Source: Candidatus Micrarchaeaceae archaeon
GTDB lineage: Archaea; Micrarchaeota; Micrarchaeia; Micrarchaeales; Micrarchaeaceae
DNA length: 14,456 nt
Assembly (NCBI GenBank): GCA_050013715.1
Contig: JBEKES010000024.1
Coordinates: 1 to 14,456 of the forward strand
Direction: 5' to 3'
Under the pieces are notes generated by a model. That model was not told the origin of the DNA. It saw only the letters and a program-made list of their open reading frames with translations, and made no database searches. Positions 7,190-14,456 of the stretch are shown piece by piece (positions within the stretch are counted from its first letter, which is position 1; each line of letters begins with the position of its first letter). A program made the position numbers and the translations under genes.

Positions 7190-7675
7190 ATGGAACAAGT
7201 AGTTAGACAACGAGTACAACTTGGAGCTAAAGAAATTGTAAGTACATTAAGAAAGATTTCAGAAAGATCAGGCCCAGTAGAAGAAAGAGTCAAAGAAGCC
7301 AGAGAAACACCACACACTTATAGATTATCAGTACTTTGTTTTGATCCGGATTTGAATGTATTGAATGCTGTAGCAAAAAATCATAGAACATCGGCTAAGG
7401 CACTTAATACAGTTGCATTTGCTTTAGTTTATGATAAAAAGATGAAAGATAACATGCAACTTGCAGTAGATACAGCATATACTATTATGGAACATCCGCA
7501 TGCAGATCAGAAAACATTTAACACGTTATCTAATTTTAAACACAGAGGAATAGGAAGGGCATTATTAAGAAGGATTTACGATGTAGAAGCAAGAGAAAAA
7601 TTGATTAGAGAACTTGACTTACACGAATCATTCCACATAAGAACAGATTCTTCTGAAGTCATGGCAAGTGCTTAA
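7190..7675 (+). CDS. Hypothetical protein, possible LRV/HEAT-like helical repeat
   Basis: 161-aa ORF after a promoter. LSVLCFDPDLNVLNAVAKNHRTSAKAL resembles the LRV repeat pattern L..La.D.d..VR.AVA.Np.tp...L. Confidence 0.7.
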   Translation: MEQVVRQRVQLGAKEIVSTLRKISERSGPVEERVKEARETPHTYRLSVLCFDPDLNVLNAVAKNHRTSAKALNTVAFALVYDKKMKDNMQLAVDTAYTIMEHPHADQKTFNTLSNFKHRGIGRALLRRIYDVEAREKLIRELDLHESFHIRTDSSEVMASA

Positions 7676-7708
7676 TTCTTATTTTACCAATTAGTAACTG
7701 GTGTATAA

Positions 7709-8035
7709 ATGGTTTCCATAAATGAATTTGCAGCTTTGGAGCTAAGAGTCGGCAAAATCATTGAAATTGAAGATCTTGAAACCGCAAGAAAGCCGATGTA
7801 CAAACTTAAAGTCGATCTTGGCGAATTAGGCACTAGAAACATTGCCGCTGGACTCAAGGATCATTACCAAAAAGAAGAGTTGCTCAATACACTTGTAATT
7901 GTTGTTGCAAATCTGGAGCCGAAGAACATTGCTAATTTTATATCAGAGGGAATGATCCTTGCAGCAGATGACGGAACCAATGTATTTGTGCTGAGGCCGG
8001 ACAAGGAGCTTGCGCCAGGAAGCAGAGTCAGGTAA
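7709..8035 (+). CDS. Stand-alone tRNA-binding OB-fold protein (Trbp111/CsaA/MetRS C-terminal domain)
   Basis: F..LELRVGKI, YKLKVDLG, R.I.AGL..HY..EEL, VVANLEP, SEGMILAA, PG.RVR; SD GGTGT. Confidence 0.93.
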   Translation: MVSINEFAALELRVGKIIEIEDLETARKPMYKLKVDLGELGTRNIAAGLKDHYQKEELLNTLVIVVANLEPKNIANFISEGMILAADDGTNVFVLRPDKELAPGSRVR

Positions 8036-9076
8036 TTATTCTACAAGTAAGCTTAGTCTTTGAACTGCGTTATTGCCATAGCCAAATTTATTGTATTCAA
8101 CTTCCTGAGGTTGCATATTTCCTTCGGAATCAATTGCCATACATGAAATAGTGTGCTCGCCTGGTTTTAATATATGATGATACTGCCATGAGCGCCATGC
8201 GTATCTTTCATTCGGCCCAATGAGCTGCGCTGGGGACCAATGCAAGCCCCCGTCAATGCTCACATGAACTTCTACTATATACCCTTTTCCTTCCCCAGAC
8301 CACGCTCTGCCCCTAAGCAAGTGAGAACCTTTAGAAGCATCAAGTTTAGCGCTGGTTATTACTGAATTAACATGCATTGTAGTGACAGGCTTTACCTCAC
8401 AATTCTCTTTTACATATACGTACCTCTCTTTTTGATAGAAACCATTGAAATTGTAATCTATTGCTTCAATTCTTTTCACAGATCTTGTCCATGCCATCCC
8501 ATACCATCCAGGTACAACTAAACGCAAAGGAAAGCCGTGCTCGCTTGGAAGAATATGATCATTCATTTTGTATGCCAATATCACATCATCTAATGCTTTT
8601 TCTCTTGGCAAACTCCTTTCAAAACTGATTTGATTGCCAGAATCATCAATATGTCCAATATCTGAACCTTCAAACAATATTTCTACAGCAGAATCACAAA
8701 GCCCTGCTTCTTTTAATAATATAGACAAAGGTATTCCTGTCCATGTTGCAGTGCTCACTGCAAATCTTCCCCATTGCTCGCCGGGCGGGTTTCTTCCTTC
8801 TTTGTCTTTCATTTCTGAACGTCCGTTTCCGGCACATTCCATAGTTGCAACTACTTCCTTGGATGGTAATTTCATCAATTCATCATAAGTTAAAACAAGT
8901 TTTTTTCTTGTCTGGCCAGATACAGTTAATTTATAATCATCTAATTCTATTTCTGCAGGAGGAACACGCCCTCTTATGAAATGGGTAGGAGTTAGAAAAG
9001 AATGCTCATAAGTAGCTAGATTGCTTTCCGCATTAAAATTATTCAGGTGTATTAAACCCCCACTACTCTTTTGCAT
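8036..9076 (-). CDS. Sulfite oxidase family molybdopterin oxidoreductase (Moco plus dimerisation domain; no heme domain or signal peptide)
   Basis: Mo-ligand motif MECAGNGR, QWG..AVSTATWTG, FERSLP, LAYKMN...LP.EHGFPLRLVVPGWYG; C-terminal G.AWSG/VEV.VS/W..W Ig-like domain. Start ATG 9076 or GTG 9085. Confidence 0.92.
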   Translation of the reverse strand: MQKSSGGLIHLNNFNAESNLATYEHSFLTPTHFIRGRVPPAEIELDDYKLTVSGQTRKKLVLTYDELMKLPSKEVVATMECAGNGRSEMKDKEGRNPPGEQWGRFAVSTATWTGIPLSILLKEAGLCDSAVEILFEGSDIGHIDDSGNQISFERSLPREKALDDVILAYKMNDHILPSEHGFPLRLVVPGWYGMAWTRSVKRIEAIDYNFNGFYQKERYVYVKENCEVKPVTTMHVNSVITSAKLDASKGSHLLRGRAWSGEGKGYIVEVHVSIDGGLHWSPAQLIGPNERYAWRSWQYHHILKPGEHTISCMAIDSEGNMQPQEVEYNKFGYGNNAVQRLSLLVE

Positions 9077-9127
9077 AAAATACACATGTCATTATGTATA
9101 ATTATTACAATTATATATAATTAGAAA

Positions 9128-9141
9128 TATTTAAACCTTTT
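9128..9141 (-). promoter_or_regulatory. BRE-TATA promoter of the Mo-oxidoreductase
   Basis: Minus strand AAAAGG-TTTAAATA. Confidence 0.5.
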
Positions 9142-9187
9142 GGTTCATAGGATAGGCTAATATATTTAACCGATTAAGGTATTGGCT

Positions 9188-9568
9188 ATGGAGGATTGCA
9201 TATTCTGCAAAATAGTTAAAGGAGACGTTGAGAGCTACAAACTATTCGAAAATGAAGAATTCTTAGCGATACTGGATGCCTTTCCCGCAGTTGAGGGTCA
9301 GACAATCATACTCTCAAAAGAACACAAACCGAGCTACGCCTTCTCGCTTGAAAATGAAGAATTGAAGAGGGTTTTATTCCTAGCAAAAGAAATTGCAAAA
9401 ATATTAGAAGAAAAACTGAAAGTTAAAAAAGTTCAGTTAATATTTGCAGGAACTTCTGTGAATCATTTTCATGCAAAGCTTTACCCAACAGAGGAAAGGA
9501 TTACAATAGATGGTAAAAAGGCGACGCCAGAAAATTTGGCAGAAGTTAGAGATAAACTAATACATTAG
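9188..9568 (+). CDS. HIT family nucleotide hydrolase with atypical triad (HFHAK)
   Basis: MEDCIFCKIV N-terminus, LAILDAFP..EG.T, HFHAKLYP. ATG 9188 has AAGGT 7 nt upstream and is preferred to TTG 9182. Confidence 0.9.
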   Translation: MEDCIFCKIVKGDVESYKLFENEEFLAILDAFPAVEGQTIILSKEHKPSYAFSLENEELKRVLFLAKEIAKILEEKLKVKKVQLIFAGTSVNHFHAKLYPTEERITIDGKKATPENLAEVRDKLIH

Positions 9569-9572
9569 TTTA

Positions 9573-11039
9573 TCATTCGACCTTTTTGAAAAGATAATCT
9601 CCTTTTGTTAGTTTTTCGCTAAATTCACTTCTGAATTTGCAGTCGATTAACGCTGGTTTTTCTGCACCAAGTTTTTCTGCCATTTTCTCGCAGGTAGATG
9701 GTATGAATGGATACAAAAGTATCGATATTATTCTTAAAGATTCTAGAAGATTATACAGAGATTCTTCAAGCTCTTCGCCTTGAAGCGCCCATGGTTTTTT
9801 ATCATTCACGTATTTATTGCATGATCTAACGAATCCCATTATTTCTTCGAGCGCGTTATAAAGTTCTAATTTTTCCATTTTGTTATCTATGCTTAATATA
9901 TTCAACTTCAATTCTAGTTCTTTTTTGCCAGCAAATTTTGCCATTTTTGACTTTTCTGCAAGAGTTAATACCCTATTTACCAAATTGCTTAAATCACCTA
10001 GCAATTCGCTGTTTATTTTATTCTTTAATGATTGCTCAGAGAAATCGCCATCGTAACCGAAGGGCATTTCCCTAATTAGATAATATCTTAAAGCATCAGT
10101 AGAATATTTTCTGGCCATGCTTAATGGGTCTACAAAATTATTGAAAGATTTGCGCATTTGTTTTCCATCAACTGTCCACCAACCATGAGCAAAAACTTTT
10201 CTTGGAGGTTCCATATTTGCAGATAATAGCATTGATGGCCAAATTACAGAATGGAACCAGTTAATTTCTTTACCTACAATATGAATATCTGCAGGCCAGA
10301 ATTCATTAAATTTATCACCATCAGGCCAATTTAATGCACTTATATAATTTATTAGGGCGTCAACCCAAACGTACACAGTATGATCTTTGTCAAATGGAAC
10401 TCCCCACTTGACCGTAGCTCTTGTAATGCTTATATCTTTTAATCCTTCTTTCACTCTATTTATTATTTCATCTGCCCTTAGATTAGGTGACAGAAATTCT
10501 GGTTTATCACTATATAATTTTAACAATTTATCCTGATATGCACTGAGTTTAAAGAAATGTGTACTCTCTTTTAATCTAATAACTTCTCTCCCGCACTCTG
10601 GGCATTTCCCATCTTTTAATTGAAGGTCGGTAAAGAATGTCTCATCGGGTACGCAATACCAACCTTCATATTCCCCTTTATAGATGTCCCCATTTTCAAC
10701 AAGTTTTTCTAGGAATTTTGATACTACATTTATGTGTTTTTCATCTGTAGTTCTTATGAAATGATCGTATGAGATATTTAGAATTTCCCAGGAGTCTTTA
10801 TATTCTTTAACTATTACATCAACAAACTCTTGAGGAGTTTTGCCAGCAGCTAATGCCGCTTTTGCTATTTTTTCCCCATGCTCATCAGTGCCTGTTAAAA
10901 AGAATACTTTTTCTCCTTTTATCCTGTGCCACCTTGCGATCATATCTGCAGCTATAGTCGTGTAAGCATGCCCTATGTGTGGCTTGCCATTGACATAGTA
11001 GATTGGTGTAGTTACGTAGAATCCTTTTGAGTTGCTTAT
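9573..11039 (-). CDS. metG: Methionine--tRNA ligase, short form without C-terminal OB domain, bacterial MetRS1-like; probable ATA start
   Basis: The frame extends upstream of ATG 10943 through FYVTTPIYYVNGKPHIGHAYTTIAAD (HIGH motif); FLTGTDEHG; knuckle CVPDE..CPEC; YVWVDALINY; QMRKS at the KMSKS position; NKYV...KPW anticodon motif. Confidence 0.95.
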   Translation of the reverse strand: MSNSKGFYVTTPIYYVNGKPHIGHAYTTIAADMIARWHRIKGEKVFFLTGTDEHGEKIAKAALAAGKTPQEFVDVIVKEYKDSWEILNISYDHFIRTTDEKHINVVSKFLEKLVENGDIYKGEYEGWYCVPDETFFTDLQLKDGKCPECGREVIRLKESTHFFKLSAYQDKLLKLYSDKPEFLSPNLRADEIINRVKEGLKDISITRATVKWGVPFDKDHTVYVWVDALINYISALNWPDGDKFNEFWPADIHIVGKEINWFHSVIWPSMLLSANMEPPRKVFAHGWWTVDGKQMRKSFNNFVDPLSMARKYSTDALRYYLIREMPFGYDGDFSEQSLKNKINSELLGDLSNLVNRVLTLAEKSKMAKFAGKKELELKLNILSIDNKMEKLELYNALEEIMGFVRSCNKYVNDKKPWALQGEELEESLYNLLESLRIISILLYPFIPSTCEKMAEKLGAEKPALIDCKFRSEFSEKLTKGDYLFKKVE

Positions 11040-11125
11040 TTTTATCGCCTTTTTATGAATATAATTAGCAATTATATGATTACTCTAATATATTAAGCTA
11101 TAAAAGTTTTGTCTGAATTGCAATA

Positions 11126-11140
11126 TAAAAAGCTTATATA
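11126..11140 (+). promoter_or_regulatory. BRE-TATA promoter of the G1 peptidase
   Basis: TAAAAAGC-TTATATA; argues against the TTG 11109 start and fits ATG 11169. Confidence 0.55.
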
Positions 11141-11168
11141 TTTGAAAATGCCAAGTTATTTTGATAGA

Positions 11169-11945
11169 ATGTTTAGGACTAAAGTTCAGATGCCTGAGGC
11201 TTTGATAAGATCTGGAAAATACGTCATGGTTAAATCAGTATTGATTAGCTCTCTTTTTATTAGTACTGCTTTTGGCATTCCGGCCGATAAAATAGGCATA
11301 CCAGAAAATACTGGACCTAATTGGGCGGGAGTCACTGTAGAAAGCGATGAAATCTTAAGATTTACGCAGATAGGAGGAACGTGGCGTGTGCCTAAAGTTA
11401 CTTTTGATAAAAGTAGTACTGAGACCAAGGAATCATTTTCGCAATGGATAGGAGTAGGAGGCTTAAAATATGACTCTAATGAAAATCTATTACAAATAGG
11501 GATTATGTGCAACAATGTAAAAAGAGACTGCAGAGTCTTTTACGAGAAATTGCCAGCTTACCCAGAATATTCCTTTAGTGTTGATCCCGGTGACATAATA
11601 TTTGCACAGATAAGAGAAGTATATGGCAAGAAGAACGTGTGGTCTTTGTTCCTATGGGATAAAAATAAAAATAGTACTTTTTCTACGAAAACAGAATACG
11701 TATCACTTCGAGATTCTGTAGAGTGGATTGTAGAAAGAGATATGGATATTAAAAATTCAAAAGCAGGTAAGGAAAAATATTTTGACCTGCCTAATTTTAA
11801 GGAGGTGGTGTTTTTCCATCATAATTTTACTGCTGAGGGTGGGGTTTCCTATTGCACGATCGATATAGATGATGGGAATAACCTGACTAGAACTCGTTTG
11901 AAGCATAATGGAAATATACAGATAACTAAGATAAGAAGAAGATAA
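11169..11945 (+). CDS. Glutamic peptidase family G1 (eqolisin / peptidase A4), probably exported
   Basis: NWAG, G.W.VP, WIGVGG, catalytic LLQ.G, FYE.LP, V.PGD.I, catalytic S.EWIVER, LPNF..V.F; hydrophobic signal-like VLISSLFISTAFG. Start uncertain (11148/11169/11226). Confidence 0.85.
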   Translation: MFRTKVQMPEALIRSGKYVMVKSVLISSLFISTAFGIPADKIGIPENTGPNWAGVTVESDEILRFTQIGGTWRVPKVTFDKSSTETKESFSQWIGVGGLKYDSNENLLQIGIMCNNVKRDCRVFYEKLPAYPEYSFSVDPGDIIFAQIREVYGKKNVWSLFLWDKNKNSTFSTKTEYVSLRDSVEWIVERDMDIKNSKAGKEKYFDLPNFKEVVFFHHNFTAEGGVSYCTIDIDDGNNLTRTRLKHNGNIQITKIRRR

Positions 11946-11976
11946 TTTGAGATAGTTCCGCTATTATTAATTATTT

Positions 11977-11989
11977 GAATGTTTATATA
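11977..11989 (+). promoter_or_regulatory. TATA promoter of mcm-idi
   Basis: GAATG-TTTATATA about 50 nt upstream of the mcm start. Confidence 0.55.
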
Positions 11990-12036
11990 GTTAAGTAGAG
12001 AACATTAGCTCTTCGATTCTCTTTTGGGGTGCTGCT

Positions 12037-14097
12037 TTGGCAGATGCGATGCTCGATGCTATAAAGAACAAGTTTGATGACTTCTTTGACATTCACTACA
12101 AAGAGGGAATTGCAGATATCATAACTGGTTTCCCTGACAGAAGAAGCTTAACCATTGATATTAAACTGCTCAGCAGGTTCGACCCCGAACTTGCAAGCGA
12201 ACTGATAAACAATCCTGATCCCATAGTTGAGGCTGCGCTCGAATCGCTAAAGGACAAGCTAAGTGAAATCGACATAAAAGACAGGGAGCCTCATCCCAGA
12301 TTCTTCGGCCAGACAGTGAATACTCCGCTTGTAATGGATGTTGGCTCCTCATTCATAGGAAAAATGATATTGCTTGACGGATTGGTAGTAAAAAGATCCG
12401 AGATAAATCCAAAGGTAAAGATGGGCGTATTCAAATGCACCTATTGCGGGTATTTGCAGAAATTCAGGATAGACAAGGATGAGATACCTGAGCTTTGCCC
12501 GCAGTGCAAAAGGCGATCCTTAAAGGTTGATTCCAAGGATTCTCTTTTCATAAATCTTCAGAAAATAGCAATACAGGACCCTCTTGAGAAGCTAAGGGGA
12601 AACACACCCACATGGCAGCTTGAAGTCTGGATAGAAGATGATTTGGTAAATACAATAATTCCTGGAGACAGAATTGAATTGACAGGAATATTGAGGATAA
12701 GGCCAAGAAAAAACGCTAAAGGAAAGAATGACACAAACCTATACACAATGTTTCTCGAGACAATATCAATAATACAAAAGCAGAAGGAATTCACAGACAT
12801 TGCAATATCAGAAGAGCAGGAACGCGAAATTGTGGAAATTTCAAAAGACCCCAATGTTTTTGACAAAATAACAAAATCAATTGTTCCTTCCATTTACGGC
12901 TATGATCAAATAAAGCAGGCTGTTGCGCTGCAGCTTTTCGGAGGCACTCCGGGCAAGACGCTTGTGGACGGAGGCGCCATAAGAAGCGATATGCACATTC
13001 TTTTGATCGGAGATCCGGGAAGCGCTAAGACAAGAATATTGCAGGCTGTTTCAAGGCTTGTGCCAAAGGGAATTTACGTAAGCGGAAAATCAATAACAGG
13101 AGGAGGAATGACCGCTGTTGCTGAAAGAGACGAATTCTCTGAAGGAGGCTGGACGCTGAAAGCAGGTGCGCTTGTACTAGGTTCTGGAGGAATCGTTTCA
13201 ATCGATGAATTCGACAAGGTAAGCGATGAAGACAGGGCATCACTTCACGAGGCGCTTGAATCACAGACAATTAGCGTTGCAAAGGCAGGAATAGTTGCAA
13301 CATTCACTGCAAAAGCAGCTGTTCTTGCTGCTGCAAATCCAAAATACGGAAGATTCGATCCCAATGTTTATCCAGCAGAGCAATTTGACATACCGACAAC
13401 GCTTCTTTCCAGATTCGATTTAATATTTCCGATAAGGGACAATTCAGACATAGAGCTTGACAAAAACATAGCAAAGCACATACTTCTGCAGCACCAGGCC
13501 GCTGGTGCACAAATTGCAGAAGTTGAACATGAACAAGTAGAATTGCCTCCAATTGACAGCGAAATGCTAAGAAGATACATTGCCTATGCAAGAAAGAACA
13601 TATTGCCAAGGCTTACGGATGAAGCAGCAAAAAGAATAGAGGATTATTACATTGAATGGAGGCAACTAGGAAACAAAAGCGGTGCAACTGCAATTACTCC
13701 AAGGCAAATAGAAGGATTAGTTAGAATGGCAGAGGCGAGCGCAAAATCAAGGCTCTCCAAACTAGTTGAAATACTCGATGCTGAAAGGGCAATTTCATTA
13801 ACGGAATACATGCTTAAAACATTGGCAGTTGACAGAGGAGGGAGAAGAGACATTGATACCATATTAACGGGAATGCCAAGGGAGAAGGTAGATCGAATTA
13901 ATTCGATAACTGCAATAATAAGAAAGCTTGAGGAAACGGAAAGCGTTGCAAAAATACAACGAGTAATAGAAGAGGCAAGCAAGGAGAACATAGATGAAAG
14001 CACAGTGAACAAATACGTGAACGAATTAGAGAGAATAGGAGACCTCTACAGGCCAAAGCCAGGAGTAGTCAGATTGATAAAACACGAAAATGAATGA
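12037..14097 (+). CDS. mcm: Replicative DNA helicase MCM
   Basis: Zn finger CTYC..CPQC, Walker A GDPGSAKT, Walker B SIDEFDK, Arg finger LLSRFD, C-terminal winged-helix; TTG start with SD GGGGTG 5 nt upstream; no intein. Confidence 0.98.
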   Translation: MADAMLDAIKNKFDDFFDIHYKEGIADIITGFPDRRSLTIDIKLLSRFDPELASELINNPDPIVEAALESLKDKLSEIDIKDREPHPRFFGQTVNTPLVMDVGSSFIGKMILLDGLVVKRSEINPKVKMGVFKCTYCGYLQKFRIDKDEIPELCPQCKRRSLKVDSKDSLFINLQKIAIQDPLEKLRGNTPTWQLEVWIEDDLVNTIIPGDRIELTGILRIRPRKNAKGKNDTNLYTMFLETISIIQKQKEFTDIAISEEQEREIVEISKDPNVFDKITKSIVPSIYGYDQIKQAVALQLFGGTPGKTLVDGGAIRSDMHILLIGDPGSAKTRILQAVSRLVPKGIYVSGKSITGGGMTAVAERDEFSEGGWTLKAGALVLGSGGIVSIDEFDKVSDEDRASLHEALESQTISVAKAGIVATFTAKAAVLAAANPKYGRFDPNVYPAEQFDIPTTLLSRFDLIFPIRDNSDIELDKNIAKHILLQHQAAGAQIAEVEHEQVELPPIDSEMLRRYIAYARKNILPRLTDEAAKRIEDYYIEWRQLGNKSGATAITPRQIEGLVRMAEASAKSRLSKLVEILDAERAISLTEYMLKTLAVDRGGRRDIDTILTGMPREKVDRINSITAIIRKLEETESVAKIQRVIEEASKENIDESTVNKYVNELERIGDLYRPKPGVVRLIKHENE

Positions 14098-14456
14098 GTA
14101 TGGATAGAGTAATACTTGTTGATCAGAACGACAGGGAAATAGGGCTTGCGGAGAAGATGAAAGCCCACAAGGGAAAAGGAATGCTTCATAGGGCGATTTC
14201 TGTATACATATTCAATTCAAAAGGACAATTAATGATCCAGCAAAGGGCGAAGGCCAAATACCATTCTGGTTTACTGTGGACCAATACCTGCTGCACCAAT
14301 TGCTATGAAGGAGAGAGTGCAGATTATTCGGCGCACAGAAGCCTGAAGAACGAAATGGGCTTTGACTGCAAATTAAAGGAAGTATTCAGTTTGGTATACA
14401 GGGCAGATGTCGGGCAAGGACTTACAGAATATGAATTCCTTCACGTGTTTTTCGGA
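14094..14456 (+). CDS. idi: Type 1 isopentenyl-diphosphate delta-isomerase (Nudix fold), truncated by the window end
   Basis: Manual translation: MSMDRVILVDQNDREIGLAEKMKAHKGKGMLHRAISVYIFNSKGQLMIQQRAKAKYHSGLLWTNTCCTNCYEGE...LTEYEFLHVFFG. ATGA overlap with the mcm stop (alternative ATG at 14100). Confidence 0.9.
   Translation, partial: MSMDRVILVDQNDREIGLAEKMKAHKGKGMLHRAISVYIFNSKGQLMIQQRAKAKYHSGLLWTNTCCTNCYEGESADYSAHRSLKNEMGFDCKLKEVFSLVYRADVGQGLTEYEFLHVFFG

Noticed and set aside
9109..9122. Palindrome AATTATATATAATT between the divergent Mo-enzyme and HIT genes
   Set aside because: Pure A/T low-complexity sequence in a promoter region, so it is expected by chance.
9573..10943. MetRS as an N-terminally truncated pseudogene lacking HIGH
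   Set aside because: The frame continues upstream without a stop and encodes an intact TTPIYYVN...HIGH, so a non-canonical start explains it better.
425..14012. Many antisense or alternate-frame ORFs in the track (e.g. 425..811, 804..1043, 2535..2864, 4056..4370, 4917..5303, 11186..11515, 13647..14012)
   Set aside because: They overlap well-supported genes, show no motifs or SD, and have shadow-ORF composition.
12037..14097. Intein in MCM, or a viral/plasmid-type MCM
   Set aside because: Normal length (686 aa), contiguous motifs, housekeeping context and no integrase or att sites seen.
1..14456. CRISPR array, tRNA/rRNA, IS elements, defence systems
   Set aside because: No periodic repeats, cloverleafs, transposases or terminal inverted repeats seen. 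The two methyltransferases lack DNA-MTase catalytic motifs (DPPY/NPPY/PCQ).

Overview
Gene-dense archaeal chromosomal window. The eS8, MCM and archaeal FtsZ2-type genes, BRE/TATA promoters and GGTG-type SD motifs are seen directly; a DPANN/Micrarchaeota-like host is my inference only. Left to right: two tandem ftsZ-family genes (the left one truncated and missed by the ORF track); two AT-rich SAM methyltransferases; two membrane proteins; an rps8e - hypothetical - ornithine carbamoyltransferase unit; an Asp/Glu racemase; mscL; a hypothetical; a stand-alone Trbp111/MetRS-C domain; a sulfite-oxidase-family Mo enzyme; a HIT hydrolase; a short bacterial-type MetRS; a G1 glutamic peptidase; MCM; and a truncated type 1 IPP isomerase (also missed by the track). 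No RNA genes, CRISPR arrays or mobile elements were recognised. The most notable signals are (i) a MetRS that apparently must initiate at AUA and has KMSKS changed to QMRKS, near an atypical HxHxK HIT protein and a free tRNA-binding domain; (ii) a protein directly after rps8e whose C-terminus resembles the archaeal ribosomal P-stalk factor-binding tail; and (iii) tandem ftsZ paralogues sharing an upstream GTAAAC motif.
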